A stretch of DNA of 64,000 nucleotides from the human T2T-CHM13v2.0 reference genome, Homo sapiens. Below, one piece after another: positions 1 to 15,979 of this stretch. The position numbers and the translations under genes are program-made. The stretch is taken from NCBI RefSeq assembly GCF_009914755.1, contig NC_060925.1, one strand, 5' to 3'. Under the pieces are notes generated by a model, which worked only from the letters and a program-made list of their open reading frames with translations, was not told the origin of the DNA and ran no database searches. Each line of letters opens with the position of its first letter. Position 1 is the first letter of the stretch.

Positions 1-201
<201 letters not shown>

Positions 202-374
202 TAAGAAGCAGAAAGCTGTCCATTAAAAATCAACCAATAATGGTGCCACTAGAAATAACCTCTGTTAAGTTTTGATCAGACATTTTGCTTCCAGTATTAT
301 ATGAATCTCTTCACACAGCTGTTAACAGCCTAAATATACAATTTTGCATCTTTTTTATAAGATATAGTGGTATT

Positions 375-880
375 ATTTTACCAAGTCATTAAAAATTTTT
401 CACAGACACAATTTGAATAGACAGCATAGTATTTAATTATACAGATACACATACCCTACTTAACCCTAGCCCTAATTTTAAGATGTTTTTCTTGTTTCCT
501 TTTATTATATAGCACAATAATAAACATTTTTGTTGCTAAATCTTGTCTATATGTGTCATTATTTCCTTAGGCCAGATTCTGTAAGGGGATTTTTGCATCA
601 AAGGATGTGAAAATTAAGGCTTCCAATACAAATTTCAAAATTCCTTTCCACTGCCAGCATGAGTTAATCTCACTTTAAATATTAGCAATTTAGAAATCTT
701 TTAATATTCCAAAGAGTAGTAATAGTCTTATTTTTTCATTTATTACTGAGAGTCAATGAGAATATTATATTTACAGTTTATATTTCTTCTTTTAGAAAAT
801 ATGTTTATGTATCCTTGGCCTGTTTTTCTATTGGACGTTGTTCATTTTCTTAAAGATTTATGTAAGCCCCTTGTATAGCT
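375..880 (-). mobile_element. Ancient L1 (L1M/L1ME-type) 3' remnant
   Basis: Degenerate antisense L1 3' motifs (gcatagtattt..., atttccttagg...gattct..., ggcctgtttttctattgg). Confidence 0.5.
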
Positions 881-1568
881 AGAACATATATAGCTTCATA
901 AGACTAAGGTCTATGAGTAGCTGTGTTTCCTGAAAACAATAGAGTTTGACAATTCAGTTGGCTCTAATTCATCTAATTTACTATTAACATTTTAGAAGAT
1001 GGCCAACGAGATTAAAGAGATAATCAAGACTAATCAAGCAACTTTAACATTTTGTCTATGATAAGTGATCTTTCTGTAACCAGGGCTCAGATAAAACAAG
1101 CATATTTTTAGGAGGAAAGAGGAGTTCCAAAGACCCTCAGGGTCTGAAGGGAATTCGTGTTTGCATTCAAGGTAAGAATTCCACTTCCATTTGACTTCCT
1201 ATCTAGGTGGTGACCAACTACGTGTGTTTAAAATGCAAACTGATCAGCGAGTTAGAAAATTAAGATGAAAAGGCTTGAGCAGTTCCTTCTATGTTGCTTT
1301 ATATTGCTAGAATGACGTGTTCCCAGACAAGGTAAAATAAGTTATACAAAAGTCAAACAATAAAAAATAAAGGTGCAGAAAAAAATGTAAATCAAATTAT
1401 TAAGAATGGCCTGGAAGATGAGAATCGGGGAGTTTTTTATTTCCATCATTATGCTTTTTTGCATTTGTTTTAGTAAGTATGTATACTACAAACATATTGT
1501 CAGAGAAAACAATAAAGCTATCAAAAAGTGGCCTGAATTTTTGGCAAATTCAACAAATTTAATGGTTA

Positions 1569-3100
1569 TTCCTCAAAGATCTAGAAGCAGAAATACCATT
1601 TGACCCAGCAATCGCATTTCTGTGTGTATACCCAAAGGAATATAAATCATTCTATTATAAAGATACATGCACACATATGTTCATTGCAGCACAATTCACA
1701 ACAGCAAAGAATAGGAAATCAACCCAAATGCCCATCAATGATAGACTGATAAAGAAACTACCATCAGAGTGAACAGGCAACCTACAAAATGGGAGAAAGT
1801 TTTCACAACCTACTCATCTGACAAAGGGCTAATATCCAGAATCTACAAAGAACTCAAACAAATTTACAAGAAAAAAACAAACAACCCCATCAAAATGTGG
1901 GCAAAGGACATGAACAGACACTTCTCAAAAGAAGACATTTATGCAGCCAAAAAACACATGAAAAAATGCTCACTGGCCATCAGAGAAATGCAAATCAAAA
2001 CCACAATGAGATACCATCTCACACCAGTTAGAATGGCAATCATTAAAAAGTCAGGAAACAACAGGTGCTAGAGAGGATGTGGAGAAATAGGAACACTTTT
2101 ACACTGTTGGTGGGACTGTAAACTAGTTCAACCATTGTGGAAGTCAGTGTGGCGATTCCTCAGGGATCTAGAACTAGAAATACCATTTGACCCAGCCATC
2201 CCATTACTGGGTATATACCCAAAGGACTATAAATCATGCTGCTATAAGGACACATGCACATGTATGTTTATTGCAGCACTATTCACAATAGCAAAGACTT
2301 GGAACCAACCCAAATGTCCAACAATGATAGACTGGATTAAGAAAATGTGGCACATATACAACATGGAATAATATGCAGCCTAAAAAATGATGAGTTCATG
2401 TCCTTTGTAGGGACATGGATGAAGCTGGAAACCATCATTCTCAGCAAACTATCGCAAGGACAAAAAAACCAAACACCTCATGTTCTCACTCATAGGTGGG
2501 AATTGAACAATGAGAACACATGGACACAGGAAGGGGAACATCACACTCTGGGGACTGTTGTGGGGTGGGGGGAGGGGGGAGGGATAACATTAGGAGATAT
2601 ACCTAATGCTAAATGACGAGTTAATGGGTGCAGCGCACCAGCATGGCACATGTATACATATGTAACTAACCTACACATTGTGCACATGTACCCTAAAACT
2701 TAAAGTATAATAATAATAAAATAAAGAAAATGTGGCACATATACACAACGGCATACTATGCAGCCATAAAAAGGAATAAGATCGCATCCTTTGCAGGGAC
2801 ATGGATGGAGCTGGAAGTTGTCATCCTCTGCAAACTAACACAAGAACAGAAAACCAAACATCACATGTTCTCACTTATAAGTGGGAGCTGAACGATGAGA
2901 ACACATGGACATATGGGGGGAACAACACACACTAGGGCCTGTTGGGGGTGGAGAACATCAGGAAGAATAGCTAGTGGATGCTGGGCTTAATACCAGGGTG
3001 ATGGGTTCATCCGTGCAGCAAATCACCATGGCACTCATTTACCTGGGTAACAAACCTGAACATCCTGCACTTGTGCAGCGGAACTTAAAATAAAAGTTGA
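1569..3100 (+). mobile_element. Older L1PA (approx. L1PA10-13) 3' end, split by a nested younger L1
   Basis: ORF2 C-terminus and 3'UTR at 1569-1757 resumes collinearly at 2730 (gataaagaaa|atgtggcacat) and ends aacttaaaataaaagttga. Confidence 0.85.
1758..2720 (+). mobile_element. Young 5'-truncated L1PA (approx. L1PA3-5) with ORF2 C-terminus, 3'UTR and tail
   Basis: ORFs 1769-2071 and 2135-2371 are L1 ORF2p C-terminal ([24 protein letters not shown]); G-rich 3'UTR; TSD ataaagaaa at 1749-1757 and 2721-2729. Confidence 0.95.
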
Positions 3101-3265
3101 CTTTTAAAAGACTAAAACAAAGAGAAAATGATACTACCAGAGCTGTAACATGTGATTATTAGTGGAGGGAAAATTTGGAAGCAGCATTTCTACTAACACC
3201 AAAGAAGGGGCATGTATTCAGTGATAAGATAAATTTCCTTGCAGTTACCAGAAGGGAAAACTAGA

Positions 3266-3478
3266 GAGCGTGATTTGGAGTCAGACAGACCTAGACCTAG
3301 ACCACTACTCATTAACTGACTAATCTTAGAAAAGCCCTTTACTCTCTGATCCTCATCTTCCTTATCTGTAAAACAGGGGCTAAGAATACCCACTTGTAGG
3401 ATAACTGTGAAAATTAGCGCCAAGATATGCAACACATTTAGCATAGGCGGACACAAAGTAGGTACTGAGTAAATGGAT
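3266..3478 (+). mobile_element. MIR
   Basis: ttggagtcagacagacct...ttatctgtaaaacagggg core. Confidence 0.8.
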
Positions 3479-3641
3479 AAATTTTATGTTTATTATAATT
3501 TTCACATGCTGATCACACAATTTGTCCTGACACAGTGAATCAGCAGAATACTCACTGACTTCCTGAAGGGAAATCCAAGATAGGTACCTAGCAACTAGTC
3601 CAGAGCCTAGGATATCTTTTTGTAGGTATTATTTAAAGCCA

Positions 3642-3845
3642 CTACTTACTGAGTATTCACTATGTGCCAAGCATTGGCATAAGTGCTTGTTATGCAGCAC
3701 CTTATTTTAATCCCCAAATAATTATTTGAGGCGCTTTCTTTCCCCACTTTACAGATAAAGACACTGCTCAGAGAGGTTAAATAACTTGCCCAGGAGTTGG
3801 CAAGTCATGGAATGGGATTTGACCAACAGATATTTAGCTTCATAG
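3642..3845 (-). mobile_element. MIR
   Basis: ctttacagataaagacactgctcagagaggttaaataacttgccca core (antisense). Confidence 0.8.
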
Positions 3846-4329
3846 CTAGGCTCAGAACCACTAAGGTGCTCAATACATGATATTTGAGTGAATGAATAAA
3901 TATTGAATATGATGATAATATCCCCAAAGCCAGTTCTGCAATCAAGAGAAACCTGCATTCTATCCTGGGTGAGTTTGAAGTTCTAGCTAGGAAACAGAAG
4001 GACTTTGGGACCTGCATGCATTTAACTTTTTTTCCCAACAGACGTTTCTGACTCTGTATGAAAAAGGACTCCTTCTAGTCAAACCTCCATACAGGGTGTT
4101 AGATGAACAAGATTTAGCCATTAGATAAAATTTGTGTCAAGAGATAAAATACACATCACAAAAGCTGGGAAAAATATGTTTGGCAAAAGACACAGTAACC
4201 TGACCAAGAGGGTTTTAAAATGAGATGTGGACAAGAGAAAAGTAAATAAATAAAACCACCAAGGCACATTCAATGGAGGACAGCAGGTATGACAAAGAAA
4301 ATCACCATCATGAGGTTGCACCTAACAAT

Positions 4330-5490
4330 TCTCAAGGAAAGACTGTGAGAAGTGGATCAGTCACAGGCCTTGCAGCACCAGGCATTTTGACATGGCCAAG
4401 GGAGATAGGGAGGTGCTCAGGAAAAACAAACAGTATGTGAAAGCACGCATGGGATGAAGCAGGGGAGACGACATAGCACAGTAAAGGGACTGTAACTGTG
4501 TTAAAATGGTTGTATGGAAGGATGTCCACAGGGAATTATGAGAGGGAATCTAGAAAGACTGGCAGGATTCAAACTAGGAATATCTAGTCTGGCATGCTTT
4601 GAAGTTTGCGTTTTTTCCTGATGAAGAAGAGGAGCCACTGTCAGATTTTAAGAAGAGGAGCCACTGTCAATGATACTTTCAATTTTGTGTGTTTTTAATG
4701 GAAATTGGATGGAGAAAGTAGTGACAGTTGGCCATACTGGTGGTTAGGATGCCTATGAAGTAATTAGGGCAAGAAAGCATGATGATCTAAATGCAACACT
4801 GTGTAGAGAAACTGGAAGGAATAAGGCTGGTTCATGAGCTGTTTAGAAAATAGAAGCCATAGACCTGGTTGTGTGGGATGCAGGAGGAAGAAGCATTGCA
4901 TATGACTCATCAAACATGGAACATCCGCACTTGCTTCCTTTTTCTCCCAATGTCTCAGTTAAAATGTCATTCCATCAGAGGAGTCTCTTACCACATTATT
5001 AAAAATAAATCCCTTTCCCATTTTCTGTCTATCACATCATCCTATTAATGTTTTTCTTAATAGCAATCTCAATTGGCAATTATTCTACCTATTTATTTAC
5101 TAGCTATTGTTTTTCTCTCTCACTAAGTCATAAATTCAATGAGAAGAAAGATACTTTTTGTTGTATTCATCACTACAGAGCCAGACACATACTAGGCAGT
5201 TATGTTCATGATTCTAACCTGGGCAACTGAGAGATAGTAGTGCCAATGACAAAGTTAGAAAATACAGAAAAAATAACAGATTTTGGTGGGGGCAGAGGAT
5301 GAAGTTGAGAAATTCTGCTTTGGAAGTAAATAGTTTTAGGTGTTTGTAGAAATTACAAATGGGGTATCTAGTGGCCAATTGATCAAACGTCTGTGAAACT
5401 CAGGGCACAGACATGGGCTGGAAATGGGGGTTGAAGAGCCAACTGTATTTAACAGCAGCATTGAAACCATTCATATGATGAGGTTCTGTG
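4330..5490. mobile_element. L2 fragments (minus-strand L2 interrupted by a plus-strand L2 3' end at ~4950-5200)
   Basis: Purine-rich antisense L2 text flanking aaatgtca...tcagaggagtct...tattcatcact...gacacatactagg. Confidence 0.6.
4624..4669 (+). repeat. Short direct duplication (20 bp, period 26)
   Basis: aagaagaggagccactgtca at 4624-4643 and 4650-4669. Confidence 0.9.
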
Positions 5491-5874
5491 CACACAGGCA
5501 CTGATCCAAAGAGATAAGTAGGGGCTGAAATCCAAGCCTGGGTCTGGCTTGCCAAGCCTTATGACCTAGAGCAAATCTAAAGCCCCTGGAGAAAAGAATG
5601 TTTTATTCTTCACCAAAATCTCCTGTTGGCTGGACAAGCCACATGACCAAGAAACTGTGACACCTGCCAAAGCGAAGAGGAGCTCCTTTCTCTAATTTGC
5701 ACAAAATTACAGTCTAGGCAGACTGCATGCCAGAATATGAAGAATATTCTGAGTGTAGAATGGACAACAAAGGACTTACCACAAGTATCATTCTGTTTGG
5801 CTAAATTTTGATGCATGGGTGATTTCAGCTGAGAATCTATTGGAGGCTGGGTGCGAGCTCCTGGGTGTGAGTGA

Positions 5875-6085
5875 TTCCATTCAAAGCCTAGCTCCTTTAC
5901 TTACTACCTGTCACCCCAGAAAAGTCACTTTATCTTTCCTGGTTTCAATTTTCTTATTTTTAAACTTGGGAAAACAGCAGTCCTCATCCCACAGGCTTCT
6001 AGAGAAGATGAGGTAAAATGATGTCAACAATGCATGTAGCACAGTGCTTGGCACAGACCAAGCCCTGGGAAATGCTGATTATCAT
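5875..6085 (+). mobile_element. MIR
   Basis: MIR core and 3' end (gcacagtgcttggcacag). Confidence 0.75.
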
Positions 6086-6098
6086 AGTTCTGATGAAC

Positions 6099-6519
6099 TA
6101 TGGTGGCCGCCTGATATGCCACCACACAGACTCCTCTTCAGGAATAAAAGATTTTTTCCCCCCAGTGAAGAGTGCTGCTAACAGAAAGCTCTTACAGCTT
6201 CTACAGAGATAGCCATGGTCCCAGAGAACCATTTTACCCTAGGTCACACATCGTCCCCAGAGAAACCAGCATCCAGTGAATAGTCCATGTGTAACATAGA
6301 AGCCAAGCCCCTTTTCAAATTCAGAAAAACTCTGAAGGCTTATCCCAGCTTTGGAACTCCCCTTAGGGTCTCTCAGCCTCTGTGGTGACTGTATTACAGC
6401 TCCAACTTCTCTTTCTGCACCCTTAGTTTTCCTTTCAGAGTTGAAAACATCTCCAAAAAAGATCATGCACATTAATCTCCAACTCAGAACCTGCTTCCCA
6501 GCAAACCAAATCTGAAACA
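6099..6519 (+). mobile_element. ERVL 5' LTR (LTR16-type)
   Basis: Ends ctcagaacctgcttcccagcaaaccaaatctgaaaca, immediately followed by PBS-like gttggtgctgagagtga. Confidence 0.75.
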
Positions 6520-9500
6520 GTTGGTGCTGAGAGTGATTGGTGGAAGAGATGCTGCGACGAGATTTTGGAGCTTGCTTACCCACCATCTGATGGCAACAAA
6601 AACCCAATCACTGGTAGCAGGTGGAACACAGATAGTCCCTGATTCGTGGTGCAATTGTTAAAACTTCTACCAGTTTTAAAAGAGAAGGCACACTAGTGGA
6701 AGATAATGCATCAGCTGGTTGATGTATTAGGCTTTTATGAGATATGGAAGAAATAGTAGCTATAAGTAGAATGCAATTGGGTGGCCATTGCTAAATCAAA
6801 CTGACCTCTGGAAAAAGATAACAAGAAGTCAAGAGTGTTTAATCAATGACAAGCTTACTATGAAAGTCAAAGGGCTTCTTTGGAAGGAAACAAAGATGCT
6901 CTGACCTCCTACAGTGGGAGGGCAGAGAAAGCTAAGGACCAAGCGTAGGACTTCATTGGAAGAGTAGCATAAATCCAAAGAAAGTTAAATTCCTAACCAA
7001 GGAAGGTCAGCTATGCCAAGCTCAGGGCCTTGGCAAGAAAGAATGTGATCCTGACACATGGGACATCTATACATCTATGTTGATGCACCTGCAAAAACTA
7101 ACTCCCAGATCCTCTGAACCCTCTGAGCCTAAGGAAGTAGCCCTTCTTTAAGAACTAGCATTTCTCCTTTGCTTGTTACAGAGGCAAGGGAGGATGACCC
7201 ACAGCCCTCTCTCCAAGATGAAATGTGTTCCTCTCCAGCAATGCCTCACCTTCCCTCCCAGTCACTACGCAAATAATAAGTGTAAAATTACACCACAGCC
7301 TAGCTGGAGACATGCTGGGCTTGATAAACAGGAAAGGGAGTATATCCCAAAGAAGCCACAAGACATAGCTAGCATGTAATGACAGAGTCTGGGATAATAC
7401 ACATGGGACTGGATTCTGGGGATGCTTTATCAAGGAAGTTGAACATAATGTTTGATAAGGAAGAGCTTATCAATTTGGGAGCACTTTCTCGGGATATAAG
7501 ATTTAACACCCTGGAAAGGATTTTGGAAGATGATGTGAGCATGCTACTAGAATAACACCTATAAGCATGGTAAAAATGATGATCCACACAACACGAACTG
7601 GAATAACTATGACATATGGTGAAAGGAAGGAATGAAAGACTCAAAGAAGTGGGCCGTAATAAAGTGGATATATTCTTCAAGGCCAAAACCACAACTAGAG
7701 GACTATGTTCCATGGGAGAGTCCAAATGATACACCATTTACCAAAGTAATAAAGAATACACTAGTGAGATGGGCACCACTGTCACTAAGCAGTTTAGTGG
7801 TGCCTCGCCTCTGCAGGCCAGAGCTGACAGTTGGAGATTCAATTACAGGATTGGGCTCACAAATAATCAGGCGATAATAAGACCTGAAACATTAAAGACC
7901 AGATGCCAGAAGCCATATGGATTCAATTACGTTGAGTGACAAAGTCAGAAGAACTGCCAGGGGGCCTGACCTACAGAGGATATGGAGATGGTTAATTGTG
8001 TATGACATTCCTGAGGGGGAAATAGATGAGTAGTCAAAAATAATACTAGTCAATACACCCAATCAAAAAAATGAAGGACAGATGAAGTGATACTTTGTGA
8101 AGATGAGAAGGAAGAAATAGGGAAGTCACTCCAATAAAACGTTACAATTAAAACTTGCCCAGTTTCCAAGCCTAAGCTAGGTTTCAGACCCAGAATCCAC
8201 TGACTAAGAGATGGTGAGCCACAGGAAGAAGGACCCTATAACCAAACAAGTGTACATAATAATGATTGCCCCTTAGGGACTATTTTAACTGAAAACACTT
8301 TTGAAACAAAACGTGTGGGATTCTTCACCCATGCCAGCCAATTTAAAGACACCAGCTGGGTGTCCTGCAATTTAATTCAATTCTGACACTATGTACCTAG
8401 AGTTAGCATCAAATCCTACAAGTTAAGGACTCAGTTTCACAAGATCGCCCTTACTTCAGATGCTAATCACCAGTCCCATGCCTCCCATCATAAATTGGGG
8501 GTTCCATGACTCCATCCTCAGGTTTAATAATTTGCTATAACCACCCACAGAATTCAGGAAAATAGTTTACTTGCTATTACTGGCTTATTAGAAAGGACAC
8601 AACTCAAGAATTGCCAAATGGAAGTGATGCATAATGCAAGATATGGGGAGGGAGAAAAGTGTGCAGAGCATTCATGCCCTCTCTGGACATGCTCCCTCGA
8701 AGTGGCTTAATATGTTTGCCAACTCAAAATCTCTCCAAGCTCTGTCATTTAAGGGTTCTATGGAGATTCCATTACATAGGCACGATTGATTAAATCATTG
8801 GCCATTGGTTATTGCACTCAATCTCCAACCCCTCTTCCCTCCCTGGAGGCTGGGGGATAGAGCTGAAAGTTCCAAACCTATAATCACATGGTTCGTTCTT
8901 CTAGCCACCAGCCTCTGATCTGAAACTATCCCGGGGCCCACCAAGAGTCAGCTCATTAGCATAAACTCAGATATAGTTGAAAAGGGCTTATTAGTAATAA
9001 CAAAGATTCTCCTTTCACTCCGATCACTCAGGAAACAGTGAGGGTTTTAGGAGCTCTGTGGTGGGAACCAGAGAGGAAGACCAAATATATATATTTTTTA
9101 TAGCACAATATCCCACCCCTAAACTGACCTTCAGCCATTTACTCGAGTGGCAGTACACTGAAGAAAGATTACCCAAACACTGAGAAGGCTCTTGAACCCA
9201 GGGTCTGGGTTGACACTGATACCTGGAGACCCAAGGTCATATTATAGTCCTCTGCTAGCATGAGGATATAGAGGGACAAGGCAATAAATGTAGTCCTAGC
9301 CTAGTTTCAGGTAACAGTGGGTCCATTAAGTTCTTGGACCTACCTAATATTCATTTTCTCAGTCCCCACATGTACAATTAGTATGTACACACCTAGCAGT
9401 TGGCATAGCTGACACAGGGAATGCTCTGCCTATAAGACAAGAGCTATTATGGTGGGGAAGGCCAAGTGAAAGCCTCTGAAATTGTTCCACACTCTAAGGC

Positions 9501-10490
9501 AACATAGAAAATTAAAAATAATATTACATCTCAGGGAGAATGGAAGAAATTCATGTCACTCTTAGACCTAAGAGATGTAGAGATGGTGATCCCTATCATA
9601 AGAGCATTTAATTTATAATTCTGACCTCTATGAAGGAGTAGATGAATCCTGGAGGATGATAGTGTGCTCCTGCAAATTCAAAGAGTAGGAACCCTATTTG
9701 TAACTGCTATACTAGATATGTTATCTATACTAGAGCAGATTAACACAACCTCAGATATATGCTATGCAGCTATTGATCTGGCAAATAAATTCTTTTCCAC
9801 CCCTATCAGAAAAGAGGATCGGAAATAGTTGCGCTCACTCAAACAGACAGCAATATATATTTGCAGACTTGCCCTAGGGCTTTGTGGAAGAGACAGAACA
9901 CAGGACATCAAATGATCATGCAGTCCGAACTGTCCATCATGTCAGACTCACCAACTCATAAAATTGGATAGGCCCAGCAGCAATCCATCTTAAATTGGAA
10001 GTGGTACAGCCAAAATTGAGCATAAGCAATTTTGAGGTGCACAAGCAGGCTATGGGAGGAGGTAGGACAGATCGACATGCCATCCACCCCGGTTTTTGCA
10101 CCAGCAATTCTCCCTCACCCATTCTTCCACACCTATGGCCCCCTGGGCAATCCCTGATGACCCACTAATGGATGAAAAAAAGACCTCCAAATTTGGTTTA
10201 TAGGTGTGTCAGTTTGCCATTGGAGTGAAAGCTGAAAATAAACAGTGGCAGCAATATGATGTCACTTCATGGTGTCCCTGACAGTAATGAGTGGAAATCC
10301 TCTCAATAAGAGTTTTGAACAGTTTACCAGGCCATCCAATCTGTGTCAAAAGTGAAGTGGCTCAATGCAAGAGTATACGTGGACTCGTGGACAGTAGCAA
10401 ATGGTGCCCCTGGTTAGCCAAAGGCCTGAAAAGAGAAAAATAAGAACATCAGAAACAAGGAATTATAGAGAAGAGGGATTTGATAGTGAG
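6520..10490 (+). mobile_element. ERVL internal region (HERV16/ERV3-16A3-like), decayed gag-pro-pol
   Basis: gag-like WESPNDTPFTKVIKNTLVRWAP (7632-7877); protease LLNPGSGLTLIPGDP (9189-9233); RT DESWRMIV and YAAIDLANKFFSTPI (~9641-9810); RNase H RVYVDSWTVANG (10371-10406). Confidence 0.85.
8288..9115 (-). mobile_element. MER21-family LTR nested in the ERVL internal region
   Basis: Reverse complement starts gatattgtg..atatatatttggtcttcctctctggttcccaccacagagctcctaaaaccc; contains gacaccagctgggtgtcct...aattcaattctgacac. Confidence 0.8.
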
Positions 10491-10499
10491 CACTAAGTA

Positions 10500-10649
10500 G
10501 TTGTAATCTATCAAGATTATATTGCCACTTATTCTGTCTCGGCACAGTTCTTCCTTCTGCCCTTCATGCTCCTACATGGTGAACCCAAGAACACAACATA
10601 ATATATCTTCAACTGAGAGTCTGCTACCTAGGGAAACCAACCTACAAAA
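10500..10649 (+). mobile_element. Partial ERVL 3' LTR (LTR16-type)
   Basis: Ends ctgagagtctgctacctagggaaaccaacctac, homologous to the end of the 5' LTR. Confidence 0.65.
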
Positions 10650-10674
10650 AATACCTCAAACATTGAAATCATAA

Positions 10675-10755
10675 CTTTGTTTTCTGCTGTATTGCAAGTG
10701 CCTAGTTCTGTCTGGCACATATTAGGTTCTTAATAAATACTTGTTGAATAAATTA
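10675..10755 (+). mobile_element. L2 3' terminus
   Basis: gtgcctag...tggcacata...taataaatacttgttgaat. Confidence 0.7.
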
Positions 10756-10934
10756 TTAAACCTCAAGGAAGCTGATTTGACAATACCCATGACAGAACTA
10801 TTTCTGAGCTCTGTACCCAAATGTAAATTCTTGCCTCCTTGGTCCTAATGTAGGTTCTAGCAGCCTGAGGAAGACATAAAATGGCAAGGGGAAGAGGATC
10901 ATTCTTACTAAATTTTGTAGGCCCAAATTGTCAT

Positions 10935-10999
10935 AACCACAAACACACATACACATAGGCACACACACACACTCAAACAGACATACCAAAACACACACT
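10935..10999. repeat. Imperfect (CA)n
   Basis: acacatacacataggcacacacacacac. Confidence 0.8.
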
Positions 11000-11403
11000 T
11001 TTGTCTGCATTTTGGACAGCCATATTATATATTAATAACTTATAAAATCATTAATAACACAAAAATATCATTATAAAAGAATAGTTATTGAACTTCTTGA
11101 TAAATTGTATTAGAGAAAAAATAGCATTTTTGTAGATCATTAGATCTTTTAAACCCACAAAAAAGAGTCACTTGGTTGTCATTCAATATTGCTGGCTTAA
11201 CATTTTTTCATGGACACTCAAATGCAATGCATCAGTACAGTTGAAAATGTGCTACTTGTTGTAAAAATAATTTATGTTCATATATTCAAAATAACAGAGA
11301 TATAAATTTTAAAATATATATATGTAGTGTTAGTTGAAGGCCAAACTGGAAGGGAGTTTGAGAAATGTTCTTGGTGATATTTGATGTTATGCATAATAGC
11401 ATC

Positions 11404-14183
<2,780 letters not shown>

Positions 14184-14619
14184 GCATTCCTCCTAAAATG
14201 TGACAAATTAACTACTTGCTTTTTGTCAGGTTCCCTTCCTAACTTGCTCTCATATTCTACTTGCCTGAATAGAGAAAGAACTGAAAGTTCTGCTTGCACT
14301 ATTATTTGTGAGATAATAAAAATTCTAATTTTAATCAAAATAATTTTCTATGTAGATGGGCCAGAATAAGTTGATTGAATATGAAGCTTGGGATCTCATA
14401 TAATTTAATAAAACTGTATTGATCCAGCCTGAGTGTAGGAAAGAGCTTCTACTTATCTGAAGGCTGTGGTGGTGACAGCAGCAGCGGCAGCCTGACATGG
14501 TACTTTAACTTGCAACATAGTTGTCTGGGACATTGAAGTAGCAGCATTTTAATTACCAATTGTAGATGGCAGTTAGAAATTCATGTATCTCAGTATTTTT
14601 TGGGCTGCATGATCACTAA

Positions 14620-15960
14620 AATGTTAGGTTAATCTTTATTGCTAATCCATCTTTCATTTATTTATTTTTAAGTATTTGGTTATGTTTACTATATTTTAAA
14701 GTAATATTTACACACTATAAAAATGCTAAAGCTAAAGTTATGGCCCTCCTCTTCCCTTCCCAATTCAATCCATATTTCATTATTATGAACAGGGAATGTA
14801 TGTGTGGGGGGGTATAAATATTTTATATACATTCATTTTTATATAAATGAATTGCAGATTTGTCCTATTTTTTATATTTTTTCAATCATTTGCTAGATGG
14901 TCTATGATATGGCTTGGCTGTGTCCCCACCCAAATCTCATCTTGAATTGTAGTTCTCATAACCCCCACATGTCATGGGAGGGACCTGCGGAGAGGTAATT
15001 TAATCATGGGGGTGGGTTTTTCCCATGCTGTTCTTGTGATAGTGAATAAGTCTCACAAGATCTGATGATTTTATAAAGGGCAGTTCCCCTGCACATGCTC
15101 TCTCTTGCCTGTGTCCATGTAGGACTTGCCTTTCCTACTCCTTCGACTTCTGCCATGATTGTGAGGCCTCACCAGCCATGTGGAGCTGTGAGTCCATGAA
15201 ACTTCTTTTTCTTTATAAATTACCCTGTCTCGGGTATGTCTTTACTAGCAGCATGAGAACAGACTAATATAGTCTATATTTTGGTTTTATTTTGTTTCAT
15301 AAATTTTCATTTCTGACATGCTTTTAGTTCTTCCAGTGTTAATTTTGTAACCACATAAAATACATAGATGTCTCTGTTTCTTGGTTTAACAATGTTATTT
15401 TGAATCTGTTGTCTCTAATATGAAAGGTGAGAACATTAGCATGTATACCTCTCTCCTTGTTCCTCTCCAAATCTCCACCACCTCACAACCTCAGTTTTGT
15501 CAATGGTATTATTACTTTTTCACCTTGTCAATCATAACAACATTTATAATTTGGTTTGCAACCGTAATTCTAATAGTTTGTTAGCCCCTTCTCTTTTTGT
15601 AATAGCTTTCTAATGCCAGAGTTCTTCATTTCCATTCTCATAATTGGCATAATTTCTTTATTAATTACAGCTCAAATGTTTGAGAATATATTACTCCTGT
15701 ATTTATTCATAAACAAATTGGCTTGATACAAATTCTCGGATTACCCTTTATTATCTCCTCTTAGACCTCTAAAACTATTGTTACATTATCTCAAAAATTT
15801 GAGGCCATTCTGATTTTTCCTTTCCGTATGCACTTACTCTTTCTACATGGATATCAATAGGGCTCTTTTTAATTTTTTCCTGGAGTTCGCTGCCTCAGCA
15901 CACCATGCCTTGGGGTTATTTTTGTATTTTTTCTTTTGTATTGTTCTTTCTGGAACAACC
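14620..15960 (-). mobile_element. Ancient L1M remnant, interrupted by a THE1 LTR
   Basis: T-rich degenerate L1 text (ttggcttgatacaaattctc, gaggccattctgattttt). Confidence 0.45.
14905..15271 (+). mobile_element. THE1-type solo LTR (MaLR)
   Basis: tgatatggcttggctgtgtccccacccaaatctcatcttgaattgtag...gagaacagactaatata; perfect TSD gtcta (14900-14904, 15272-15276). Confidence 0.92.
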
Positions 15961-15979
15961 TGATGTAAGAGAACAACAC

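Noticed and set aside
1261-1271. taagatgaaaa as a minus-strand third copy of the duplicated element
   Set aside because: None of the other conserved blocks is present at the expected positions.
7632-7877. gag-like ORF as a possible domesticated gene
   Set aside because: Only 81 aa; surrounding gag/pol frames contain stops and frameshifts.
6094-10654. TSD for the ERVL provirus
   Set aside because: Flanks (tgaac vs aatac) do not match convincingly, so the termini remain approximate.
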